NCBI GenBank assembly: GCA_029570205.1
Contig: JAKQSI010000090.1
Coordinates: 37,674 to 101,673 of the forward strand
From: Candidatus Omnitrophota bacterium
GTDB lineage: Bacteria > Hinthialibacterota > Hinthialibacteria > Hinthialibacterales > JAKPRU01
Length of the DNA stretch: 64,000 nucleotides
Direction of reading: 5' to 3'
The position numbers and the translations under genes are program-made. Shown here in pieces: positions 26,732 to 36,184 of this stretch (positions are counted from its first letter, which is position 1; every line of letters begins with the position of its first letter). The notes beneath the pieces were generated by a model, which did no database searches, was not told the DNA's origin, and saw nothing but the letters and a program-made list of their open reading frames with translations.

Positions 26732-27124
26732 TTACGTGGTCATTATTTCTTCCATCTGCGCATTCCACTCCGGTTCCCCGAGCGGAGCAGATTCCAGATG
26801 GATTGGTTCATTTGAATTCTGCCGGAGATAGCTCCGTTCTAGTCCACGCAATCCGGCCGACCACGCCAACTTCCCAAGAGTCACATCTGTATCGATGCGA
26901 TAGATGATTCGGATTCCTGTTTCCTGTTGGATTTGTTGGGATTGATAGGTGACCTCATCAACGAATGATCCGGGCATGATCCTGATTCCCGAAAAGTCGA
27001 TCACAAGCTCGGTCAGTTCCTGCCCCCGAATTCGTTCTTTGAGCGCCTGGATCGCTTCCGCGCCCCGTGTGCGGGTTGCCGCTGACGGAACCAACTCGGA
27101 AATCTTGATTTCCATTTTCATCAC
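26732..27124 (-). CDS. STAS-like domain protein (DUF4325-type), convergent with the XPB pair
   Basis: 130 aa. EIKISELV...ELVIDFSGIRIMPGSFVDEV resembles STAS / anti-sigma-antagonist-like DUF4325 proteins. Confidence 0.45.
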   Translation of the reverse strand: MMKMEIKISELVPSAATRTRGAEAIQALKERIRGQELTELVIDFSGIRIMPGSFVDEVTYQSQQIQQETGIRIIYRIDTDVTLGKLAWSAGLRGLERSYLRQNSNEPIHLESAPLGEPEWNAQMEEIMTT

Positions 27125-27511
27125 CTCTTTTCAGGAAATCCGAACTCCATCTGAACACCCGGTAAGTTGAAGGCCATGTTGCCGGACAGGCAACAACGAT
27201 TATTGTCAATTCGAACACATCCATCGCCCGAAGAGAAATACAAACATCCGTTTTTCTCCAAAACAAAATCCTTCAGATCGGATACGCCGGTTCCCCTCTC
27301 GGCAACGGCGTTGGCGGCTTGCATTCCCAATTATCGATGTTATGGGCAATCCGATTCTCGCCGGCTTTTCCCTCATCCCATTGAAAGTCGATAACATCAT
27401 CAAACTCATTTTTTCATTCTCAAATAACTGTATATGCAGGGAATATACACCTCAAGAGTTTTGCCTTGCGCCAGGAATAAGTCATATAATAGGAATTGAA
27501 CAAAATACCCA

Positions 27512-27540
27512 TTGAACTCCACCGGCATCAGCTCTATAAT
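27512..27540 (+). promoter_or_regulatory. Sigma70-like promoter (TTGAAC-17 nt-TATAAT) in an AT-rich spacer upstream of the pilin-like tandem genes
   Basis: ttgaactccaccggcatcagctctataat. It lies in the most AT-rich stretch of the window (27400-27660), ~125 nt upstream of the ATG at 27668. Confidence 0.5.
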
Positions 27541-27667
27541 TGGTCGTTGAACATCATCCGCAACCATACGGGGATGAGCGCGCAACCGACCCTGTTGAGC
27601 TTCTCGGTCGATGCAACAGCAGAAAAATCCATGGGAAATCAGCAGATTGCAACAGGAGGTCGGAAAT

Positions 27668-28231
27668 ATGATAAAAAAATCCGCGTTCACACTGATCGAA
27701 CTTCTGATTGTGGTCGCGATCATCGGGATTCTGGCCGCTATTGCCGTTCCCAATTTCATGGCCGCCCGAGTTCGAGCCAAAGTCGCGCGATCGCTTGAAG
27801 AGCAACGGGTCTATCGGAGTATCCAGCAAATGTATATGTTGGATGTGGGAGACCTTCCGGGGCACTACGACGGCAAGGAGGAACACTGCCCGTACATCAA
27901 TCTGGGCTATGTCAGCAGCCCTCTGAGAGATCCCTTCATGGAGAATCGGGAAGACCTTCGCGCTTTCGAGTCCCAGGAAGGGATGTACCACAGTACGCAT
28001 ATCACAACCGAGTGGTCCGTTGATGTGAAGATGTTGAATCTCCCGTTGTATGACCAGTGGGTCGGGGCAGGAAAACCTTATGTGATTTATGGAGAAGGAC
28101 CGGGAATCTGCGGGGCTTGGGTCGCTTATGATACCAGCAATGGTCTCCAAAGCTGCGGGATTATCGTCGGAATCGGCATTCGAGGCAAAGGGATACCGGA
28201 TAGCGGTCTGCTGGGAAGGAAGTGTAATTAG
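27668..28231 (+). CDS. Pseudopilin-like protein with prepilin-type N-terminal cleavage/methylation domain, copy 1
   Basis: MIKKSAFTLIELLIVVAIIGILAAIAVPNF, a class III signal with Ala at -1 instead of Gly. RBS ggaggtcg. The 4-Cys C-terminal domain is ~90% identical to copy 2. Confidence 0.8.
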   Translation: MIKKSAFTLIELLIVVAIIGILAAIAVPNFMAARVRAKVARSLEEQRVYRSIQQMYMLDVGDLPGHYDGKEEHCPYINLGYVSSPLRDPFMENREDLRAFESQEGMYHSTHITTEWSVDVKMLNLPLYDQWVGAGKPYVIYGEGPGICGAWVAYDTSNGLQSCGIIVGIGIRGKGIPDSGLLGRKCN

Positions 28232-28283
28232 CGCAGTCGTTATGATATATATTTGGAATAATTCCCAGTTGGAGGTCGAGAGC

Positions 28284-28847
28284 ATGAAAAAATCCGCATT
28301 CACACTGATCGAACTTCTGATTGTGGTGGCGATCATCGGGATTCTGGCCGCTATTGCCGTTCCCAATTTCATGGCCGCCCGAGTTCGAGCCAAAGTCGCG
28401 CGATCGCTTGAAGAGCAACGGGTCTATCGGAGTATCCAGCAAATGTACATGTTGGATGTGGGAGACCTTCCTGGGCACTACGACGGCAAGGAAGAACACT
28501 GTCCGTACATCAATCTGGGCTATATCAGCAGCCCTTTGAGAGATCCCTTCATGGAGCATAAGGAAGACCATCCCGCTTTCAACTCCCAGGAGGGGATGTA
28601 CCACAGCACACATATCACAGAGAGCTGGGCCGAGCGCGATGTCAAAGTTCTGAACCGCCCTCTGTATGACCAGTGGACCGGCGCGGGAAAACCCTATGTG
28701 ATCTATGGCGAAGGACCGGGATTCTGCGGGGCCTGGGTCGCTTATGACACCAGCAACGGCCTGCAAAGCTGCGGGATTATCGTCGGAATCGGCATTCGAG
28801 GCAAAGGCATACCGGATAGCGGTCTGCTGGGAAGGAAGTGTAATTAG
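28284..28847 (+). CDS. Pseudopilin-like protein with prepilin-type N-terminal cleavage/methylation domain, copy 2
   Basis: MKKSAFTLIELLIVVAIIGILAAIAVPNF. Its own ggaggtcg RBS. Tandem duplicate of copy 1, 616 bp apart. Confidence 0.8.
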   Translation: MKKSAFTLIELLIVVAIIGILAAIAVPNFMAARVRAKVARSLEEQRVYRSIQQMYMLDVGDLPGHYDGKEEHCPYINLGYISSPLRDPFMEHKEDHPAFNSQEGMYHSTHITESWAERDVKVLNRPLYDQWTGAGKPYVIYGEGPGFCGAWVAYDTSNGLQSCGIIVGIGIRGKGIPDSGLLGRKCN

Positions 28848-29153
28848 CACAGTCGCCCCAACAAGAGAACCGTCGGCGTCCTGCGAGTTCTGCGACTAAA
28901 AAATCTTTGCCGCGATTCTTCGTTCTTTTTCCTGTTGAGAAACCGGGGGTTTGCGCTGTCTACTTTCCCCGCTCCGCCTCAGAGAAGGTTGGGGTGAAGG
29001 GTTTGCCTCTGTCCCCGGCCACTTGCCTTCCCAAAACCGCATGGGTTCCCTCTTTGCAGAACGGTGATATCCTGATGCACCATCCATCAGAAACTCCCAT
29101 TTATCTGTTTGACAAGACGGATAGACGGGAATCGAGCAAAAGAGAGCGCGCGA

Positions 29154-30143
29154 ATGGAACCCATCCCCGGAATCGGCGTGATGGCCGAAGAATATCGGGA
29201 GGATTTTCTCGATTTGAATTGCACCAGCGATGGCGCGTGGAAAGTCGGTATCGAGGGTGTGCAGCGCATTTTGACACCGCTGGATCGGAAGGTGGAGTTT
29301 ATCTGTTTCAAAGACAAGACACTCACCCTGGTCAAATCCGGCATGGGGCATCCGGCGATCTACCCGCTTCCCGAAGGAAGGTTCGAACCGCCTGCAAAAG
29401 CCGTTCTGATGGACCTCGATGGAACCAGCGTGGTCAGCGAGGAGTTCTGGATTTGGATCATTGAACAAAGCACGGCGCGTCTGCTGGGCAATCCCCAATT
29501 CACGCTTGAGGAAGCGGACCTTCCGCATGTCTCCGGGCATTCGGTCTCCGAACACCTTCGCTATTGCATCGACAAATACTGTCCCGGAAAAACCGTTGAG
29601 GAAGGCCGAAAATACTACTTCGATATTACTCATTTTGAACTGAATGAGATTCTGGAAGGCAGGGGAAAGCAGAATGCGTTCAAGCCTGCGCCGGGACTGA
29701 AGGAGTTTCTGCTGGAACTGAAAGGGCATGGAGTGAAAATCGGCCTGGTCACGTCCGGCCTGTACGAAAAAGCCTGGCCGGAAATTGTCTCGGCGTTTCG
29801 AACAATGGGCTTGGGAAATCCGCTGGAGTTTTACGATGCCATAATCAGCGCGGGATTTTCCATCAAAAAAGGCCAGGTCGGAACACTGGGCGAACTGGAA
29901 GCGAAGCCACACCCATGGCTGTATGCGGAAATAGCGCGCGTCGGCTTGGGAATCGAACCTTCCTTGCGTCACCGGACCATCGGCCTGGAAGACTCTTCCG
30001 CCGGAGTGGTTTCGATTCGCCTGGCCGGATTTGGCGCAATCGGAATCGGCGGCGGGAATATCACGCAGAGCGGAGTCCGCCCCCTTTTGTTCGCGGAATG
30101 CGCAAGCCTCGCGGAGGCGTTGCCGACGATCCTGGGCCATTGA
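29154..30143 (+). CDS. HAD-superfamily hydrolase with a ~90-aa N-terminal extension
   Basis: Motif I (VLMDLDGTSVVS), motif II (KIGLVTSG) and motif III/IV (GLEDSSAGVVSIRLAGFGAIGIGGG). Alternative start at 29109. The 468-aa antisense ORF 28896..30302 is judged spurious. Confidence 0.7.
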   Translation: MEPIPGIGVMAEEYREDFLDLNCTSDGAWKVGIEGVQRILTPLDRKVEFICFKDKTLTLVKSGMGHPAIYPLPEGRFEPPAKAVLMDLDGTSVVSEEFWIWIIEQSTARLLGNPQFTLEEADLPHVSGHSVSEHLRYCIDKYCPGKTVEEGRKYYFDITHFELNEILEGRGKQNAFKPAPGLKEFLLELKGHGVKIGLVTSGLYEKAWPEIVSAFRTMGLGNPLEFYDAIISAGFSIKKGQVGTLGELEAKPHPWLYAEIARVGLGIEPSLRHRTIGLEDSSAGVVSIRLAGFGAIGIGGGNITQSGVRPLLFAECASLAEALPTILGH

Positions 30144-30204
30144 ATGACAACTCGGCGGCTTCAGCACGCAAGACGAAGTCGCCAAACGTATAAGAGAACC
30201 GCTC

Positions 30205-33150
30205 ATGAAGATCAAATCTGTATTCATCTCCTGTCTCCTGGCATTCCTTGCGTTCACATCCGCGCCAGATGGTTTTTCAGCCGATTCGGAACTGCAAGTC
30301 AATTACGCGCCCGCGATTCCGATGGGACTGATCGGATCTTTCTACACCGATGCAGCCACGAAACCCTCTTCGATTGAAGATATCAAGAGTTGGGGGAATT
30401 ATCTGTACCTCACCGTTCGTTACGTCAACGGCGATCAGAAATTGGAAATCTGGGACGTAAGAAATCCCGCCGCGCCGTTTCTCAGGCAGTCGTTGAGCTA
30501 CGGCAATATCATGACCACACCTACCGATTACTGGCGTTTCCCCTACGTGAATGTTCTCGACAACTCGATCCTGATCCGCTCGAATTTCAGCGATATTGTT
30601 TACCACCACAACGAATTGGGCGAGCTGGTCGAGGATGGTTGGTACGATTTCGCCCAGACTGTCGCCGAAATAAAGAACAACGAAGAATCGCTCTTTATGA
30701 GTGTCGCCGGGAGTTTCGGCACGTTCTTTGGTCGCCTGTTCGACCCCTACGAGGTTTTTCCCGAAGAGGAATACGGGTATGCCGTTCTCAATTTCGCCAA
30801 TCCTCGCCATCCCTTCGTGGCGAACCTGGTTCCCTCGATTACCGATACGTGGTCCTCGGAAGCGTTCGCCGGACATCTGAACGGCGCTTTGGGTAATATC
30901 CCCGGAAACATTCGCATCGACATGAACCAAGTTACATTTTCCGGGCGAGAAATGCTGGCCAAGAGCCAGTTTGACGTATTCTGGAAACCACGGCTAGACA
31001 AGATCTTTAATACGGAGATTTTGGATCGCACCGTTCGCGATCAAATCGAGACAATTGTGAAGAACCAACCGTACGCGGAGCAATTCGCCGACGCTGTCGA
31101 GCGCTATTTCCAAAGCCTGCAAATCGAGGCGGATCGCACCGTCGAAGGGGCAATCCGTAGCGGATACGGTGAGACGGAGAAGCTGCGGACGATTCTGAAC
31201 GACTACAAGATCGACATGAACGAATCCGTCCGCTTCGCGATCCGCAAAATCGTGATGAAGGAATTATCCCTGACGCTGGAAAAAGAACTCTCCGTATCAT
31301 TGTTCTCTCCCCTGTTGCAGGATTGGACCGGCGGCTTGTTCGCGATTCCGTCGTTTTCCTCCAAGGCCGACATGCTCCAATTCGTTTCGAGTATTTTGAA
31401 CGAAAAACTCGACGCCGGCACGGTGGGCCGTTTCATTCTGGATAACTATATCGCTCCATACGTCGATACGCCGGATTGGATGCACTGGACCATGGAGCAA
31501 TTCGTCGATGAGGTGGTCAATACCGACGCGGGGGAGGCGATCTCCGCCGCGATCGGGGCGGCTAACACGGTCGTCACCGCCGATGGATTTCTGGAGACGG
31601 CGCTTTCCCTGGTTCCGGAAGCGAAGAAGTTCTACCTCCCGGCGGGATTTCCCGAAGACGCGCGAGACGTTTTGGAATACGCCTTTTTCGAACACGGAGC
31701 CAAGCTCAACCGCCAGGGATTGGCGTTCATAGAGATGCTGAAGTTCTATCAGTATTACAACGGCAATGACGATTATCTGAACTACGACAACGAACTGGCG
31801 CAGACCATCCAAGAAGTGCAGGAACAACTGGCGGGAACGCTCATCGACACGATCGAACCGTTCCTGGACGCCGTCTCGTTCGCCGGAGACTTGGCGGCCC
31901 GGATCGAGGAGTTCAGCAAAACACTGCTGATCCGCGAACCGATTTCGCTGGCGATTTCGGAAGCCATTTCGGCTCATCTGGAAGCCTCCGGACTGGATGT
32001 CGATCTCAGCGTGCATCAGGCCTGTTTGAATTATCGATTGTATCTAAGCCTCGACGATGCGTTTGGGATCACGGACAACGATCTTGCCGATGCGGATGAT
32101 TTCGTCCGTACCCTGAAAGAGCAGATCGGCCAGGCGGAAACTCAAATCAAGACATACTGGGATGAAGGCAAGGGCAACGTCGTCTATATCGAAAAAGCCT
32201 TGCGTGAGGCGCTGGCGAACGTGTTGCAGGAAGCTTGGGGTGAGGTCGACTTGGACATGCCGATGGCGGATGCCCTCTATGAGTTTATCGGCCATCATAT
32301 CGACTACCGCTGGACGTTCGGGCAGAACATGGACGATCTCTTCCAGGATTTCGTCTACAGCGCCCTGGCGGATTATCCCGGCTACATCGAGTTTATCGGT
32401 GTGTGGGATCGCGCAGTGGGCGGCGATATCATGGCCCGCTGGCAAGCCACATTCGAGGCGGCCAAATTCGCCGCCGCCGCTCTCGAGTGGACAGGGACCC
32501 TCGCTGCTACTTATGAAGGCGTCGAATTGACACTGGAAGAGAGTTATCGACAAGCTGTAGCGGCCGCCTCAAAAAGCCTCCTGATGGAATTCGCCACGAT
32601 TATGATGAGCGACATGCACGGCGGATTCTCCAAGTGGGCAACCACCACCGAAGCACTTGACTTCGCATTCGATGCCGCCACATTGACCTCGCTGGTGCCG
32701 GTGCGAACGGCAGCGTTCACCTGGGAAAACCGCATTGGACTTCTGCCTCGGGAGGAATGGGATTACATGAATCCACGAAAGATCAGTCTGGTTCTTTTCG
32801 ATCCGACCGATCCGGCGGGCCTCAAATACGAATCTGTCCTGCAGGGCGGCTGGGGCAACGTGGATTACGTACACTCCTGCCGGGGTGTCGTCGTGATCGG
32901 CGGGACTCTCTACGATGGAATCTGGCCCAAACCATCCGCCATGTTCCTGGCGCTGGAGGAGAATCAAGTCGATGTCTACATCATCCACGACTACCGTCTG
33001 GCCGCTGCGGAAGGAATGTTGACCGCCAATCATGGCGCGAATCTCGTGCTCTATGGCCCCGGCGGCGTGTTCCTGCTTCCCAATCCGCGAAACCTGAAAG
33101 CGGGTAATGCACAGCCGGGAACGGCGGTGAAGACCTGGAGACAATACTGA
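30205..33150 (+). CDS. Large secreted protein of unknown function (981 aa), signal peptide
   Basis: MKIKSVFISCLLAFLAFTSAPDGFSA signal. The long acidic, helical interior has no recognisable motif. N- and C-terminal segments show beta-propeller-like LVIVD-style strings (LEIWDVRNP, ISLVLFDPTDPA, VDVYIIHD). Confidence 0.7.
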   Translation: MKIKSVFISCLLAFLAFTSAPDGFSADSELQVNYAPAIPMGLIGSFYTDAATKPSSIEDIKSWGNYLYLTVRYVNGDQKLEIWDVRNPAAPFLRQSLSYGNIMTTPTDYWRFPYVNVLDNSILIRSNFSDIVYHHNELGELVEDGWYDFAQTVAEIKNNEESLFMSVAGSFGTFFGRLFDPYEVFPEEEYGYAVLNFANPRHPFVANLVPSITDTWSSEAFAGHLNGALGNIPGNIRIDMNQVTFSGREMLAKSQFDVFWKPRLDKIFNTEILDRTVRDQIETIVKNQPYAEQFADAVERYFQSLQIEADRTVEGAIRSGYGETEKLRTILNDYKIDMNESVRFAIRKIVMKELSLTLEKELSVSLFSPLLQDWTGGLFAIPSFSSKADMLQFVSSILNEKLDAGTVGRFILDNYIAPYVDTPDWMHWTMEQFVDEVVNTDAGEAISAAIGAANTVVTADGFLETALSLVPEAKKFYLPAGFPEDARDVLEYAFFEHGAKLNRQGLAFIEMLKFYQYYNGNDDYLNYDNELAQTIQEVQEQLAGTLIDTIEPFLDAVSFAGDLAARIEEFSKTLLIREPISLAISEAISAHLEASGLDVDLSVHQACLNYRLYLSLDDAFGITDNDLADADDFVRTLKEQIGQAETQIKTYWDEGKGNVVYIEKALREALANVLQEAWGEVDLDMPMADALYEFIGHHIDYRWTFGQNMDDLFQDFVYSALADYPGYIEFIGVWDRAVGGDIMARWQATFEAAKFAAAALEWTGTLAATYEGVELTLEESYRQAVAAASKSLLMEFATIMMSDMHGGFSKWATTTEALDFAFDAATLTSLVPVRTAAFTWENRIGLLPREEWDYMNPRKISLVLFDPTDPAGLKYESVLQGGWGNVDYVHSCRGVVVIGGTLYDGIWPKPSAMFLALEENQVDVYIIHDYRLAAAEGMLTANHGANLVLYGPGGVFLLPNPRNLKAGNAQPGTAVKTWRQY

Positions 33151-33220
33151 ACGCTCGTACTATGAAACATGAATCCCACTCTGAGTAGCGATTGGATTTC
33201 CACCTTGGAGGAACAAGACA

Positions 33221-35578
33221 ATGGTGCGGAGAGACTCAATCAAATTCATGCAGCGTGTTGTGTACGGCTGCGCGATTCTTCTGGTGGCGGTGCTTTCGGT
33301 ACAGGCCGATAAATACCCCGTCAAGGTGGGAGTGTTTAAACAGGAAGTAACCGTTGTGTACGGTCTGCAGGATGGCCTTCCCTCTGTCGAGGCGACTGCT
33401 GTAGCGATTGCGCCGGATGGACCAGTGTATGCCGGGACAAAGAAGGGCCTGGCTGTTCTGAAAGAGGGGCGGTGGAACAAGGTGTATAGCGGATCGATTT
33501 TTGCGTCGGTAACGGACGGGGATCGAATACTTGCCGCGGCGGGAAAAGATCTGGTTTCTGTCGGTCCGGACGGTGTCGAGCCACTCTTGCCATTGCCCCC
33601 CGGAGAAGTGTTGCGGATGGCCTCTAAGAACGGGATTGTCTACCTGGCTATGACCAGCGGGTTGTACCGCTTGGAAAACAAGGCTCTCGCTGCGGATGAC
33701 ACGCTGAATGGAATGCTGGGGGAAAACAAACACGTCTATTCGGTAGCAGCGGATGATAAAGGAACACTAGCCGTCGGTGCGGAGTCCGGTCTTTTCAGGA
33801 AAGAAGCGGGACAGAACTGGATGGCCTTGTATCCGTTCGACAAGACCGGTCGCCGCTGGGCGCCGCGAAGTGTCCGGGGCGTGGCGTTTGACTCCAGGGG
33901 ACGGCTGTGGTTCGCAAGTCCGCAGGGGGTCGGATGCTATGACGGAGCATGGACATTATATGAAGGAAAGGATGGACTCCCGTTTAACGATTTCACCACC
34001 TTGTGCGCAGGGGAGGACGGCGTTGTCTGGTTCGGGACCCAAATGGGCGCCATTCGGTTCGATGGGCAAAACTGGGCGTATCGTCAGGGCCGCGCATGGC
34101 TGCCTGATGATAGAGTAGTGAATATGGCGGTCAATGCAAACGGAGACGCCTGGTTTGCAACACCCGGCGGTGTCGGGGTCATCGAACGCCGCCCGATGAC
34201 ACTCGCCGAAAAAGCGGAATTCTACGAAGACGAAATGGAGAAATACATTCGCCGGACAGAATATGGCTATGTTTCCGAGGTCGGACTTGGAAAACCCGGG
34301 GACAAAAGCGAAATTCATTACTCCGACAGTGACAATGACGGCCTCTGGACCGGCATGTACGGCGCGGGCGAGTGCTTCGCCTACGCGGCAACGAAAGATC
34401 CGAAAGCGAAAGACCGTGCGAAACGGGCGTTTGAGGCGCTGCGGTTTCTCAGTATCGCGCCGGTCGGCGGCGAAGTGCAACAGCAACCGGGATATGTGGC
34501 ACGGACCGTCGTTCCCACAACGGAACCGAATCCGAACGCACACTATACACTCGAAGGCCAGCAGCGTACCCGTGCCACCCGCGATTCGCTCTGGAAAGTC
34601 TATACGCCCCGATATCCCCTTACGGCGGACAAAAAGTACTGGTACAAAACCGATGTCAGTTCGGATGAATTGGACGGACATTATTTCTTCTACCCGGCTT
34701 ATTACGACTTGGTAGCCGATACGCCGGAAGAAAAAGAGCGTGTACGTGAGGTGGTCCGCAACATCACAGATCATCTGGTCCGTAACGATTTCTGTATGAT
34801 CGACTTCGATGGGACACCCACGCGCTGGGCGGTCTATTCACCCGCAAAACTCAATCACGACCATAACTGGTACGCCGAGCGGGGACTCAAGTCGCTCAGC
34901 ATTCTCTCCTACCTGGCCGTAGCGGAACATATTACCGGCGATCCGAAATACGGTGAAGCGGCCAACCGGCTCCGTCAGGAACATGCATTCGATACGAATA
35001 TCATGATCCCCAAAGTCCATAACGGAATCGGTTCGGGGAACCAGTCCGATGATGAGATGTTCTTTATGTGTTTCTACAACCTGGTGAAATACACAAAAGA
35101 TGACACATTACGCGAACGGGTTACATTTGCCTTTTATGAGCATTGGGTCCGCGAGTTTCCGGAAGTGAATCCGTTCTTTAATTTCGCCTACGCCGCATCG
35201 GGAATGGGAACGCAATACACCGATCCCTGGGGGACACACGATCTATCCCCGTGGGATGGCTGGCTGACCGATTCCATTGACACGCTGGAGGGATTTCCGC
35301 TGGATCGATGCAACTGGGCACGTCACAACAGCCATCGGCTCGATATCGTTTTTCTCGAACCGCAGGCCGCGTTCGAATCCTTTGCCCGTAACCGTAAAAA
35401 TCGCCGTCGCGGCTATTTAGTGAACGGCAAGGTGTTACCGGTACAGGAACGTCACTTTAATCATTGGAACACAGACCCATGGGAATTGGATTATGGCGGA
35501 AATGGGCAGGGTCTCGCCGGCGGAACAGTCTTCTTGCTCCCGTATTATATGGGCTTGTACCACGGGTTTATCGAGTAG
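33221..35578 (+). CDS. Secreted protein of unknown function (785 aa): N-terminal beta-propeller-like repeats and a C-terminal helical domain
   Basis: Signal-like N-terminus (CAILLVAVLSVQA). Repeated GxxGLxxx / DGxxWF blocks resemble two-component-regulator propeller repeats. The C-terminal half is an unassigned, possibly (alpha/alpha)-barrel-like region. Confidence 0.6.
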   Translation: MVRRDSIKFMQRVVYGCAILLVAVLSVQADKYPVKVGVFKQEVTVVYGLQDGLPSVEATAVAIAPDGPVYAGTKKGLAVLKEGRWNKVYSGSIFASVTDGDRILAAAGKDLVSVGPDGVEPLLPLPPGEVLRMASKNGIVYLAMTSGLYRLENKALAADDTLNGMLGENKHVYSVAADDKGTLAVGAESGLFRKEAGQNWMALYPFDKTGRRWAPRSVRGVAFDSRGRLWFASPQGVGCYDGAWTLYEGKDGLPFNDFTTLCAGEDGVVWFGTQMGAIRFDGQNWAYRQGRAWLPDDRVVNMAVNANGDAWFATPGGVGVIERRPMTLAEKAEFYEDEMEKYIRRTEYGYVSEVGLGKPGDKSEIHYSDSDNDGLWTGMYGAGECFAYAATKDPKAKDRAKRAFEALRFLSIAPVGGEVQQQPGYVARTVVPTTEPNPNAHYTLEGQQRTRATRDSLWKVYTPRYPLTADKKYWYKTDVSSDELDGHYFFYPAYYDLVADTPEEKERVREVVRNITDHLVRNDFCMIDFDGTPTRWAVYSPAKLNHDHNWYAERGLKSLSILSYLAVAEHITGDPKYGEAANRLRQEHAFDTNIMIPKVHNGIGSGNQSDDEMFFMCFYNLVKYTKDDTLRERVTFAFYEHWVREFPEVNPFFNFAYAASGMGTQYTDPWGTHDLSPWDGWLTDSIDTLEGFPLDRCNWARHNSHRLDIVFLEPQAAFESFARNRKNRRRGYLVNGKVLPVQERHFNHWNTDPWELDYGGNGQGLAGGTVFLLPYYMGLYHGFIE

Positions 35579-35645
35579 TCTGTCGATTGGGAAGGGAAGG
35601 GAAGAGATCGATCCTCTTTTGCAGGAGCGTTCCGCGCCGGTCCGC

Positions 35646-35960
35646 TCACCCGCCGCCGACAGCCAGCATGGACTGACTGTACTTCGAGCGAAGCGCATCC
35701 AACTCCTGCCGGATGTCCTCAATCCTCTTCAGGTATTGCGGGATTTCTTCCTGAACCACTTCCATCATTCCGACATCCCCTTCCCGGATGTTCTTCAGCC
35801 GAACATCGTCCAACACCAGGATCATTGCTTCCAGGAATTCCAGCCGGTCCAGGAGTTTTTTCTCTTTACGGACCCAGGAATCCCCGGCGGTTCGCAGGCG
35901 GTCTCCGTAAAAAACGGTCTGTTTTGAACGCGAGTCGGGTAATTGCACCAATTCTCCCAT
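35646..35960 (-). CDS. Hypothetical coiled-coil protein (104 aa)
   Basis: The ATG at 35960 follows AGGAGGA with 5-nt spacing. The ORF-track start at 36023 lacks an RBS. No motif recognised. Confidence 0.4.
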   Translation of the reverse strand: MGELVQLPDSRSKQTVFYGDRLRTAGDSWVRKEKKLLDRLEFLEAMILVLDDVRLKNIREGDVGMMEVVQEEIPQYLKRIEDIRQELDALRSKYSQSMLAVGGG

Positions 35961-36184
35961 GGCATCCTCCTGAATGAGAACACCCATGGGAATCGCAAAG
36001 ATCATACCTGTCCCAACAGGCACAATAAGTCACCTGTTTTCGAATACTTACGAAAGATCGTTCTCCACAGCATAAGGAATTTTCTGCCCGGATATCGGCA
36101 AAACTCGTTCCTTAACTTGCAAAGGAACGATGCACCTTCTTACAATGGAGCGGTGGAATCTCTGGAGACAGGTCCCGAGAATGA

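Noticed and set aside
28896-30302. 468-aa minus-strand ORF covering the HAD hydrolase locus
   Set aside because: It is Arg/Ser-rich and low-complexity, with no motifs. The plus-strand frame carries unambiguous HAD motifs I-IV, so this is the typical spurious antisense ORF of high-GC DNA.
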